DNA of 63,929 nucleotides, counting the filler, from Reclinomonas americana ATCC 50394 (lineage: Eukaryota), in the NCBI GenBank assembly GCA_048213135.1. It is 5 parts of 3 records of this genome, joined end to end, with 100 filler letters (N's around TTAATTAATTAA, not from the genome) between each part and the next. Parts side by side here need not be neighbours in the genome. Positions count along the whole stretch, not along the records: positions 20,567 to 41,789 come from PS015514.1; positions 41,890 to 52,886 come from PS015514.1; 3 more parts are not named here. One strand, 5' to 3'. Position 1 is the stretch's first letter. Each line of letters starts with the position of its first letter. Below are positions 34,371 to 45,859 of the stretch, one piece after another. The translations under genes and the position numbers were made by a program. The notes beneath the pieces are model-generated. The model saw only the letters and a program-made list of their open reading frames with translations, was not told the DNA's origin and ran no database searches.

Positions 34371-37300
34371 ATGTCGTTCAGCATCCCTCAAGTGATTGAG
34401 AAGGTACGCGCAACGTGGATGCAGTGATCTCGGAGGCGGGCGGGGCGCTCTTCCTTGTTTTCGCCATGCATGTTGTCCGCTCGCTCCCTCTCTCTGCTCC
34501 CTCTCTCTCTCTCTTCCCCTCGCCGCCTTGTGTGCGTTTGTATGCACGTCATCACACTCCTCGCCATGTGCCTGTGCGTGTGTCTGTGGGCGACTTTGAA
34601 TTTTTCCTGGTCGACCATGTCAGAACAAATATACACAAGCACTCTGTTGTCTCACTTTCTTGTTCTGTGCACACACACTCTCTCGCGCACACAGAGAAAC
34701 GCACACACGCACACAACACGCACATCATCAGTCTTCATGAGATGACGTGATTTCGCATTTGAAGTAGCCCTCATGAAAGTCACTTTCTCTCTCTGTCTCT
34801 TATCCTCTCTCTTCTCTCTTTTGCACCTCTTGTGCCACACAGTTCCGGTCGCCGGACAAGGATCTCCGGTACATGGCCTTGAACGACCTCAATGCGGAAA
34901 TGTCAAAGGAATCGTTCAGGCTGGACGAGAGCGGTGCGCGCAGTCTCTCGGAGGCACTGCTCGGCATGCTCGACGACGCCAACGCCGAGGTGCAAACCAT
35001 GGCCATTCGCTGGTCAGTGCGCGCACCTCTCTCCCTTCTATCATCCTCCTGTACTCATGTTGTACGTGCAGCATGGTGCCGATTGTGTCAAAGATCCCCG
35101 AGACGCTCATCAGCGATCTGTGCGACCAGCTGTGCACACGAGTGTTGGGCGCCTCCGATGCGCAGCGTGAGATCTCGGCCATCTCGTTGAAGACCATTCT
35201 GCAGCAGCTGCCGCACAAGTACTCGTCGTTTGTGTTGCGCCGCGTCGGACCGCGCATTGTGGCGGGTGCGCGCGATGGTGCCTCCAACGAGGTCAAGGGT
35301 CAGTGCCTGGAGATTCTCGTTGAGCTGTTGAAGCGCTTTGGTGGCCTGCTGGCCGCCGAGCACGACTCGTTGCAGGCGGCCGTGATTCCACAGGTTACGC
35401 AATCACTCGCTCGCTCCCTCTGATCCCAAGATTCGCACTCAACATCATCATCATCATCCTTCGTCCACAGTTGGCGGCCTCCAACGACGCCGTGTGCAAG
35501 CGCGCCATTACTGCGCTGGCCACTCTGTCGATGCACTCGTCGGACGATTTGCTGGACTCGCTCATGTCGTTGCTGCTGGCGCAAGATCCGCACCCGGTGG
35601 GAGTGTCGGGCGAGATCACGTTGCACACGTACATTCAGACGACGGGCGCCATTTCGCGCTCATGTGGTGCACGGCTCGGCCGCTACCTCAGCCGTGTGAT
35701 CCCGCTGCTGCTGGAGAACGCTCACGCAGTGGAGGGTGACGATGGCGAGGCCGACGAGACGCGTGAGCACATTTTGCAGGCGCTCGAGTCCATTGTGCTG
35801 CGGTGTCCGCGCGAGGCCGCCGGCCACGTGGACGTGATTGTCGATTTCTGCAAGGAGATGTTGGTCTACGATCCCAACTGGGACACGAGCATGGATGTGG
35901 ACGAGGAGGGTGGCGATGAGGAGATGGACTACTCGGGCGATGAGTTGTTGCGTGCGCGACTCGTTGTGCCAGAGAACGTTCGCCACCAGTTGGCTGATGA
36001 TGATGTTGTCGTGTGTGTGTATATATGTAGCGAGGAAGAGGATGGATACTCGGACGACGACGACGTGAGCTGGAAGGTGCGCAAGGCCGCCTGCAAGTGT
36101 CTCACGGCGGTGATGAACGTGCACCCGGAGATGCTCGACCGCTTGTACGCCAAGGTGCGCATGATGATAAAGAGAGGGTGTCCCTGGTCGCCTCTCGCTC
36201 GTGTCACCTGTTCTCGATATCTTTGAGATGCTGCATCGTCGCATCTTTTTCTCTCTCCATTCCTCTCCCTCTCAATTCATTCAAGTGGGTGCATCTTTTC
36301 CTCTCATCCTCTCTTCCTGTCGTTCTCGGTCAAGTTTCTGCATCTTTACTTCCTCTCTCGTCTCTCCTTTTCTCGATTTCGTTCAAGCTGTTGCATCTTC
36401 ACATTTTCTTCTCCCTTTTGCCACTGACACTTCTTTCACCCGCACAGCTGGCGTCCCCCGGCGACCGTCTGCTGGTCGATCGCTTCCGCGAGCGCGAGGA
36501 GAATGTGAAGGAGGAGGTGATGAAGACGATGTTGGCGCTGCTGAAGCAGTCGGTCATTATCGGATCCAAGTTTCGTCTGCACTTCGCCATCTGCGCTGCA
36601 TCCTCGTCATTGCTCGTAAATGTAACCAATCGTTGCGCGCACAGCCAAGACATTCGTCGCCGCCCCGGTGTGATGGAGAACCTGACGGCGATCCGCGACC
36701 AAGTCGTGTCGTCGACGATTCGCGAGATCAAGAAGGCCAAGAAGCCCGACGTGCGCACGACCGGTCTCACTCTGCTCAAGCAGCTGGTCGTTGTGCTGGT
36801 ATGTGGTGTTTATTTCCTCACCGCCCTCCTTCTTCTGCCTTCGCTGCGCCCCTCCATCTTGTCGCTGTATATTCTCTCTCTTCATCTCTGCTCTGTCTGC
36901 TTCCTTCTAAGATGAAACATTTCTTCTCTCTCTGTTTCTCCCTCGCTCGTCTTCCGCGCAATCATTTTCTGGCGTGTTGCTCTCTCTCTCTCTCTCTCTC
37001 GCCCATCACTCATCGCTGACTTCGACCGTGTCAGAACGGCGGATTGGAGGGTCACATTAGCGCGCTGCTGCCGGTGCTTGTCGACGCCGTTGTGGAGCGC
37101 TCGACCAACTCGTCCAATGTCAAGTCCGTCGGTCTCTCACTGGCCCACACGCTGGTGCAGTTCCACGACGCACGCCTCCTCACGGGTGTGTACGCCAACA
37201 TTAGCAAGGCCGTGTTCTCCTGCGTGGAGGATGCGTACGCCAAGACCATGGCCGACGCACTGCGTGTGTGCCGCAACTTTGTGCCGGTGGTGCAGGCCTT

Positions 37301-40008
37301 CCGAGTTGCGTGAGAGTAATCGTCTACCCCTTTCCTATTTGTGATTGTTTCGCTGATTGGAGGCGAGCAGGCGAGCGGATCGCCCGACTTCCAGCGCCAC
37401 GTCACCGCTCTGTTCGGCGTGGTGGTGGGCCGTCTGCAAATGCAGGACATTAACCAGGATGTGAAGGAGGCCGCCATCAACGCCATTGCCGACATTATTG
37501 CCGCCTTTGGCGATGTGGTGCCGCTTGATGAGGTGTGTGTGTTTCTCTCCTGCGCCCTGTCCCTTCATTTCTCTCACACCCTGATCCCTTCTTCTTTCCT
37601 TAACACAGGCACTGTCGCTGCTGCTGGACCGCCTGCGCAACGAAATCACTCGGTTGACGACGGTCAAGGCGCTGCGCTCGATTGTGGCCACGCACGCTCG
37701 TCGCCTGGACCCGATCATGCGCGAGTTGATCGCCGAACTCATCTCGTTCTTGCGCAAGAACGACCGAGCTCTGCGTGCTGCCGCCATTCAGTCCTTGGCC
37801 AGCCTCATCACCGCGTACCCGGCGGCGTTTGCCGGCGACACCTACGCGCACCTGCTCGGCGAGTTGTCGCAGACCATTACCGGTGCCGACTTGTTCCTCG
37901 TCCAGCTGGCCGTGCGTCTCGCCGTCACAGTGCTCGGCGCCGATGGCTCCACTGCCGGCGCCGTGTACGAGTGCGTCGGACGACCGCTGTTTGTGCTCCT
38001 CCGCGGCGCGCTGCTGCAAGGCAACGCCATGGAGGTGTGTGTCTCTCCTCTCTCCCTTTCATTGTCATTGTCATCATGGTGCTCACCAATTCTTCCGCAG
38101 CCTGTTCTGCGTCTGTTCAGTGGCCTGGTGCAGGCCGGCACTCCGGGCTTCCGTGTGCTGTGCGACTCCGTGCTGGACATGCGTGCCTCGTCGGCCGAGG
38201 AGGCATCGCTGGGCAAGCAGGCGTACGTCTCACTGGCGCAAGCTCTGGCCGCCATGTGCTCGGTGGCCACGGCGCAGGAGCGCTCCTCGACGGTGCAGCA
38301 GTTGGTGCACACCATGCAGCGTGCCGGCGCTGACGACCCCAGCCGCATTCTCGGTCTCTACTCACTGGGTGAGATCTCGCGCTCGTTCGACGTGGAATCG
38401 GTGGTGCACCAGGTGCGCGACGAAGTGATCAAGTCGTTCGACGGCCCAGAGGAGGTGCGCAGTGCCGCCGCCGTGTGCCTCGGCAACATTGCGGCTGGCG
38501 CGCTCGACAAGCACCTGCCGTTCATTCTCGGCGAGATTCGTGGCGGCTCGCCGCACAAGTACACCCTGCTGCGCTCGTTGAAGCAGGTGATTGACGGTGC
38601 GGCTCCAGCGCAGCTGCAGTCGCGCGTGTCGGACATTGTGCCACTGCTGGTGGGCAGCGTGGAGGCCGGCCAGGATGTCGGCGTGCGAAACATTGTGGCC
38701 GAGTGCCTGGGCAAGCTGATTGTCACCAACCCGCCGGCGCTGCTGCCGACAATTCGAGTTGCGTGGAAAGAAATCACTCGCGTGATTCGGGAGCTTCTGA
38801 CGTGCCTTGTGTGTGTGCAGGAGGGCATGGACAGGTCGCTCAACATGCGCGTGGTGTCCATCACGGCACTCAAGTCGGCGCTGAGCGAGCCGGGCATTGG
38901 CGACGGTTCAGTGCTGGCCGACGATGTGCTGCGGACGCTGTCGATGCTCAACCCGGGACTCGATCTGGTGCGTGAAGAAAAAGAGGGGAGAAAGGGTTCA
39001 AGGTGGATTGCTGATGGGCCTCACGACTTGCAGGAGGTGCGACGTGCTCTGGTGCTGCTGCTGAACAGCTGCGTCCACAACAAGGCGCATCTGGTGCGCG
39101 ACCACCTGCACGAGATTGCGCCGTTGGTGTACGTGGAGACACCAGTGAATGTTGCGTCTGGTGTCGTGCCGCTCTCCGCTGTAGTTTGGTCGCCTGACTG
39201 ACTCGTGTGTGTGCGCGCGCGCTCCAACAGCAAGCGCTGCTGCGACAAGTGGATCTCGGTCCATTCAAGCACCAGGTCGACGATGGCCTGGAGCTGCGCA
39301 AGGCTGTGTTTGAGTGCATGGATGCCCTGCTGGAGAGCTGCTCGGAGGTGAGTGACTGGGGAGAAGGGGCGGAGTAAGTCCTGGTTGGTGGCTGACTCGT
39401 CAGTTGTTTTTCGCAGAGCCTCTTGCTGGCCGACTTTGTCAGTGCCTTGATCGTGGGTCTCTCCGATCCCGACTACGACATTCGCATGCTCGTGCACCTC
39501 ATCTTTGGCAAGCTGGCGCAAGTGGCACCCTCGTCGCTTCTGCCTGGTGCGTTGTGTGTTGACGACAGTGCGCGTGTCGTCGCCATACCCTTCCCATTTA
39601 CATGCTGTTTGCAGTTCTCGACGAATTGGTGGCGCCGCTGAAGGTGACGCTGGAGACCACGGCGAAGAAGAATGCCGTGCAGCAGGACGAGGATCGCGTG
39701 AAGGAGCTGATTCGAAGTGCCGTCAAGGCGTGCCGTCTCATTTCGATTGCACTGGTTGGTGTTCTCTCCTCTTTTCGTCTACCAGTCGGTTTTTTTGTGA
39801 TCTCACTCCATTGCTGCAGGGCACGGAGAGTGCCACGTCACAAAAGGCGCCCGACGCACTTGGCTCTGGTGCTTTCCACGAGCTCGTCACCAAGGTCATT
39901 CGCGCCAAGGACGATCTCAAGTCGTTGTACGAGAGCGGTGATTTGGACGCACCGACGACACCCACGCCGCCGCCGAATGAGGGCACGTCGGGCAACCCGT
40001 TCCGTTGA
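34371..40008 (+). CDS. CAND1: Cullin-associated NEDD8-dissociated protein 1
   Basis: [47 protein letters not shown]-like [36 protein letters not shown] and [24 protein letters not shown]. Confidence 0.97.
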
Positions 40009-40143
40009 AGCGAATCATGCACACCACACGCACGTTGAACCTTGCTGCACTGCGTCTGCCATCCAATGAAAAAAACAACACGGAGCTGACCTATTGCGGG
40101 TGTCTTACACATCATCTACTGGCGGCGACGAGGAAGAGGACGC

Positions 40144-41423
40144 TTATTTTCCATCTTCTTCTTCCTCCTCCTCATCCTCCTCCTCCTCCTCTGAGCTGTC
40201 ATCTTCTTCTGATGACGAGTCTGAATCTGAATCTGAATCATCATCATCATCGTCGTCGTCGTCGTCGTCGTCATCATCTTCCGCCGGTTGCGACGCTGGC
40301 GCCTGTGTCATTGGGTCCGACATGTGCTGTGGCATCCCCATGGTTACTGTCGTCGTCGTCGTTGTCGTTGCTGTTGTGGCCGTTTCCCCGTGCTTGGCGG
40401 CCATGCGACCGGCTCGCAGCATGGCACCCCGGCTGTCGTCGTCGTCCTCCTCCTCCGACGAATCCTCCACGTTGATCCGACTGCGGCCGCTCAACGACTT
40501 GAGAACTGGCGGCCTCGTGCGCGCCTGCGCCTGCGCCTGAGACTGCACCGGTGCGGCAACTGGCGCCGGTGGAGGTGGTGGTGGCGGTGGTGGCTGCACA
40601 GCAGCGGCCACTGCGGGTTGTCGCGTGGCGGCAGGAGCACGTACTTGTGGTGGTGGTGGTGGTGGTGCTGCAGCAGCAGCAGTCGACGCCCGCCTCCTTT
40701 TCCTTGGCGGTTCGCCAGCGGCGGCAGCGGCCGCCGCCAGATCCGGGAACTCGTCCATCAGCGGAGGCGCCTCCTGTGCCACCTCTGCCCCAGCACCAAG
40801 TCACGATGACGCCAACAACAACAAGAACGAAGAACAAACAAACCTGCCAGCGCATCCTCCGAGTACTCGGCGGCCTTGAACGAGCTCAACGAGTGGTTCG
40901 TGATGCGCTCCTTGGTCACCGACGTCTGCAGCGTGCCTCGCTGTATCGCGACCTTGTGTGTGAGACAGACAGCAGTGAAGAGGCAGGAGGCAAGCACACA
41001 GACGGACCTCCAGACGAAAGCACAATGCCTGCGGATCAAACACGAGAAAGTGCTCCACTCGTTCTGCAGTGCTCCCATAGAACGTCGATCGTGACTGCAC
41101 GCACCAAACAGTGTGAGCACAGGCACTCACACACACAGACAAGAGACAGACCTCTGTCAAATGATGACACTCAATGAGCGTGTCCTTCATGTTGAGCTGG
41201 TCGCGCCACATCAACGCCGGTCGTTTCCGGTCCAACGACGCAGGCTTGATGTCATCTATACACACAGAGGTTGTAAGAGAGAGAGAGAGAAACAAGTGTG
41301 TGAGTCTCTCTCTTTTGTCTCACATGTGACGCTCTGATAGAGTGGAGCATTGTCGGGAGGTGCTGTTATGGAGGCGCCTAGTACAATGGGATAGGAGACG
41401 CCTGCACTAAAAGGGCGATCCAT
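40144..41423 (-). CDS. EAF: ELL-associated factor (EAF) family transcription elongation factor
   Basis: YPIVLGAS..YDIKPASLD..FYGS..EHFLVFD..FRLE N-terminal EAF domain, followed by Pro-rich and acidic Ser/Asp/Glu tail. Confidence 0.8.
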
Positions 41424-41497
41424 GTTGTCAAGTGTGTGTGAGAGTGAGAATCGCGCGTCCTGCGTGTCTCTGTCTCTGTCTCTCTTTCCTCACAGTA

Positions 41498-41750
41498 ATG
41501 GCCTCGCGCAACATTCGTCACGTGTACTATGCCTCACTGGGCTTCAAGGGCATTGAGTGGGGCGCACTGGAGGCGCTGTTGGAGGAGCCTGTGATTGGTC
41601 TCTCACACTGTCTGCTCTTTCACACTCTGTCACAGTGTGAGCTCACCACACACTCGCCCTCACGCACAGACTTGGATAAGCTGCGACGATTGGTGTTCCA
41701 AGGCGGGCTCTCGTTCAAACTGCGTCAGCGATGTTGGCCTTTCTTGCTTG
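41498..41750 (+). CDS. TBC1D7: TBC1 domain family member 7 (TSC complex subunit), 5' fragment; may start at ATG 41422
   Basis: RNIRHVYYASLGFKGIE..ALEALLEE..IDLDKLRR..LRQRCWPFLLG matches the TBC1D7 N-terminus (RNFRSVYYEKVGFRGVE...VWKVLLG). Confidence 0.85.
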
Positions 41751-41789
41751 GTGTGCATTCACTCTTTAATCTCTCTCTCTCTCTCTCTC

Positions 41790-41889
41790 NNNNNNNNNNN
41801 NNNNNNNNNNNNNNNNNNNNNNNNNNNNNNNNNTTAATTAATTAANNNNNNNNNNNNNNNNNNNNNNNNNNNNNNNNNNNNNNNNNNNN
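41790..41889. other. Artificial scaffold linker
   Basis: N-TTAATTAATTAA-N. Confidence 0.95.
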
Positions 41890-42402
41890 CCGGCGAAACT
41901 GGTCGTGCAAGAGCTCCCTGGTTTTCGAACACAAACTTGACCAGTAATCTGTCGCTCATAACTCGTCGTCACATGCTCCGTTGGCATCAAGCCACATGGC
42001 ATTGCGTGGGAAATCGTCTCCTGCCTCTCGTGGACCCTTTTTGCAGGACGGAATCAGTCTGCCTCGGCAGTGCCATGCGCCACGCCAACTGGACACCAAA
42101 AACTGTCAAAATTCCGGCGGTGGACCAACATCCACCGTGCGACTGAGAAATCTCTGCAATTCACTGAAGGTACCACCATGTAGAATGCACGGCGTAGAAT
42201 CCAATGGACCCTTGCGCATGCACAAAATTTTGTTCGGATCCGGAAGGGGGTCTGGACATACCACCACCCGAGAGCATCTTCGTGATCTCGGCTCGAACAT
42301 GCCAACTACGCACTCCTTGGGAAGTGGGATGACCACCACTTTCAAGACGTTGCACAGTCCCGCAGCGCGCGCGCCCAACTCAAATTTTAGAATCTTGCAA
42401 TC

Positions 42403-43917
42403 ATGCACACGGCGCGTCTTTTCGTCCTTTTCCCCCTCCTCCTCCTCCCCCTCCTCCTCCTCCTCGTGTGGCACCCACTGTGCGTCCTCTCCTCCCCCAC
42501 CCACCCTCTCTCCTCTTCATCGTCGCACACGGAAACTCGCGGTTTCCGCGCGCTGCCACCCATTCCGCAACTCACGCAATCACCACCACACGCATGTCCC
42601 CCTGCCGGCCCCTTCCAGCAGCCCTCACCGCCGGGTTCCCGCTTCTGTGACGATGGCGCGCCAAGCATGGTACACCTGTGCATGTCGGTGAGCGGCTGGC
42701 AGTGGACAGGCATTCCGTGTGAAGACATTGTGTCGTCGTCGCCACTCGTCCTCTCCGTCGGTGGCGGTGGTGCGTCGAAGCAAGTGCAAGTGCCGGAGCA
42801 CTACGCCAACGCCTTGCTGCGTTTGCTGTGGCCGCTGTTGAATGCGCACGACGAGCCGCTCTCGTCGTCGCGATGCGTGCGTGGCAGTGGCGACGAGTGC
42901 GCAGAGTTCCCGCCTGTTGACTGCGCAACGGCCGCGGGCCGTGAGGTGCGCGGCACGCGCGAGGCCTTCATACGCTACGCCGAGGGAGTGGTAGTTGGCG
43001 GCGATGCTGATAAATACCAAGGCGGCTGGCTGCACCAGGAGGCGCTGCTGGCGTTCGTGCATCTCTCGCGCGTGCAGCACGAGCTGGGCGTGTACGGTGC
43101 GGTGGGCGAGATTGGCGTGTACCAGGGCATGTCGTTCGCGCCGCTGGCGTTGACGGCGGCTCGCTGCGAGTTTGTGTGGGGCGCCGATGTGTTTGACGAC
43201 CAGGCGCTCAACCTCGACACCTCGGGCGCGAGCCCTGCAGGCGCCGAAGGCAATGCAGGTATGTGCAATATTGACAATGGGAAAAAGATGCCACCCACTC
43301 TCTCTCATTCATCTCCCACAGCTGGTCTCTTCGAAAGGCTGCTGCATCGCATTGGCAACATTAACGATCAGCCGCGCACCATGGTTTTTGCGCGGTCGTC
43401 GCTCACGTTGAAGCCTCGCCAGCTCTGCAGCGCCGGCGTCACGCGCTCGCGCTTCATCTCCATCGATGGCATGCACTCGGCACACGCCACCTTTGAGGAT
43501 CTGGAACTGGCGGCGTGCTTGCTGCTCCCCGGCGGCATCATCGCCGTCGACGACATTCAAAACTACCATTGGCTGGGCGTGCACGAGGCGGTCGACCAGT
43601 GGCTGCAGTGGCGCCGCCACGAGTTCGCGCCGTTTGCAATGGGTGCCAAGCTGTACATCACCACTGCGTCGCACTACGATGAGTACCTGCGGCGGCTGCT
43701 GGAGCTGCGTACGATGGACAACTCGGAGCCGCTGTATCATGCCAACTTCCGCCGACAGCGCATGGTGCACGGCTGGCCGGTGGCCACCATCAGCGACAGG
43801 GTGCTCTCGCCGTCGGTGGCGGAGCTGGTCGTCGACTATCGATACGCGATGTCGCCCGTCGCCCTGGGCGAGCTGCTGGCGCGCCTGGCGGGGGTGGAGG
43901 CTCAACAGCGGGCGTGA
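42403..43917 (+). CDS. Class I SAM-dependent methyltransferase (Methyltransf_24-like) with N-terminal signal/anchor
   Basis: Hydrophobic N-terminus LFVLFPLLLLPLLLLLVW; GAVGEIGVYQG, DVF, FISIDGMHS and GGIIAVDD; probable 63-nt in-frame intron at 43259-43321. Confidence 0.85.
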   Translation: MHTARLFVLFPLLLLPLLLLLVWHPLCVLSSPTHPLSSSSSHTETRGFRALPPIPQLTQSPPHACPPAGPFQQPSPPGSRFCDDGAPSMVHLCMSVSGWQWTGIPCEDIVSSSPLVLSVGGGGASKQVQVPEHYANALLRLLWPLLNAHDEPLSSSRCVRGSGDECAEFPPVDCATAAGREVRGTREAFIRYAEGVVVGGDADKYQGGWLHQEALLAFVHLSRVQHELGVYGAVGEIGVYQGMSFAPLALTAARCEFVWGADVFDDQALNLDTSGASPAGAEGNAGMCNIDNGKKMPPTLSHSSPTAGLFERLLHRIGNINDQPRTMVFARSSLTLKPRQLCSAGVTRSRFISIDGMHSAHATFEDLELAACLLLPGGIIAVDDIQNYHWLGVHEAVDQWLQWRRHEFAPFAMGAKLYITTASHYDEYLRRLLELRTMDNSEPLYHANFRRQRMVHGWPVATISDRVLSPSVAELVVDYRYAMSPVALGELLARLAGVEAQQRA

Positions 43918-45067
43918 GCGGCCGCGTGACCATTGTCCGCCGGCATAGACCTTGGCACATCAACAAACAGAATAAACCACACACGTGCATGCGCACTAAT
44001 GATTCTCGAGCAGCGCGCAGGTCATCTTCCTGGCCTGGAGGCCGTGTGTCCGGAATTGGGTTTTTTTATTCGAACTCTCAACATCGAACACACTGCTGCA
44101 GCAACACTGACAGCAACGCCACAACTGCGCATACGCCACCACCGATATTAGCCTCACCAACAATACGACAAGCTCCCTTTGCTCCACCAACGACGACACT
44201 TCCACTGCTTTGCAATGGCTTTGCCTCGCAGCGAATTTCGATCGAATCCGGACCTAGCTTTGCTTTGTTTGCAATTGCCTGGCTTATGGCCTTTTTCCGA
44301 ATTTTAGGAGCCGTGTACGATCGCAGAAAACGCTATGCGTCTATATGCAAGTGCGTCAAATCTGGTCAACCACGCTTATTCGGTGAAGATCGCAGTTCTC
44401 GACTTGTTCGGAGCTCCGAGAGCGAACACACATACACATCGGTTTTGCCACCGGACTGAGGGAGGCACGTCAAACTGCGGCCGGAAGCAGGCTGCGCATA
44501 CGAGCAAAGAACAGCGTTCTTTGAGCGGCTAAGCAGACGCGAGGTTTGTCGATTTTGCAGTTCGGATTCTCGATATCGACGTGATCGAGTATCTCATTTT
44601 TTCGATCTCTATGTGTAACATGCACACTGAACATGGACACTGTTGCGGCCGCCTTCGTAGTTATCGATGTGGCCGTTGTTTTCCACGCCACGCCAGCAGA
44701 GCTTGATTATTTCCTTTCTAGGCAGTTCGACTTTTTCTCACTGTTTTCGTGATGTCTCAGCTTCTTTCGCTCAGGCCGGTGATCATCATGCAGCTGCGAT
44801 GCTGTCAGGATCTGTAAAGCTGTTGTTGCTGTTGTTTTTCTGATTTCCCACATTCCACCACTCCGCCACAACCGACGGACAGATACCGACACCACTCAAT
44901 CTCGCGACGTGAGTCCTCACACCTCCCCCTCCTCCGCTCCCCCACACGCATCACGCACTGCACATCGCCAGGCAAGCACCCCACCAACGCACTTGCACAC
45001 GCGCNNNNNNNNNNNNNNNNNNNNCTCGTTGACTGTGTGCGCGTGTGTGTGTGTGTGTTGGGCGTAC

Positions 45068-45110
45068 CTGTGCCGCTGGGGTCAAACTTCTTGAATGACT
45101 CGGCCAACAT
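45068..45110 (-). CDS. Apparent first exon of the + strand EF-hand gene, lying on the opposite strand
   Basis: ATG..MLAESFKKFDPSGT-G|gtacgc; phase 1 matches the phase-1 acceptor at 45859 and completes the EF loop DPSGTGRVSSDDF. Confidence 0.75.
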
Positions 45111-45859
45111 AACGACTCTTGTTGCACTTCACTCGGAAGTGCAAAATGCGTGCGTGCGCGGAGAGATTGCCTCTCTGTTTGCTGCGGGTGCATGCACAAT
45201 GGTGAGTCACAGATGGTGCGTGTGGCAGCGATCGTGAGAGAGAGAGAGGAGTGCGCGTGTGGGTGGGAGTGAGAGAGCCGCCATGGCCCATGTTCCATCT
45301 CCGCGGGAAAAACAGAGAGCGAGGACACAGAGAGAAAGACGTAGTNNNNNNNNNNNNNNNNNNNNNNNNNNNNNNNNNNNNNNNNNNNNNNNNNNNNNNN
45401 NNNNNNNNNNNNNNNNNNNNNNNNNNNNNNNNNNNNNNNNNNNNNNNNNNNNNNNNNNNNNNNNNNNNNNNNNNNNNNNNNNNNNNNNNNNNNNNNNNNN
45501 NNNNNNNNNNNNNNNNNNNNNNNNNNNNNNNNNNNNNNNNNNNNNNNNNNNNNNNNNNNNNNNNNNNNNNNNNNNNNNNNNNNNNNNNNNNNNNNNNNNN
45601 NNNNNNNNNNNNNNNNNNNNNNNNNNNNNNNNNNNNNNNNNNNNNNNNNNNNNNNNNNNNNNNNNNNNNNNNNNNNNNNNNNNNNNNNNNNNNNNNNNNN
45701 NNNNNNNNNNNNNNNNNNNNNNNNNNNNNNNNNNNNNNNNNNNNNNNNNNNNNNNNNNNNNNNNNNNNNNNNNNNNNNNNNNNNNNNNNNNNNNNNNNNN
45801 NNNNNNNNNNNNNNNNNNNNNNNNNCGAGAGAGAGAGAGACTGACTTGCGCGAGTATAG

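Noticed and set aside
34580..34780. Two hairpins in CAND1 intron 1 (e.g. ttcatgag/ctcatgaa)
   Set aside because: Short stems, with no convincing H/ACA or C/D box arrangement; could be chance.
43918..45004. Short ORFs in non-repetitive intergenic DNA (also 18400-19500 and 41890-42400)
   Set aside because: No recognisable motifs, no coding-like GC3 bias, no consistent splice chain, and no snRNA or tRNA signature found by eye.
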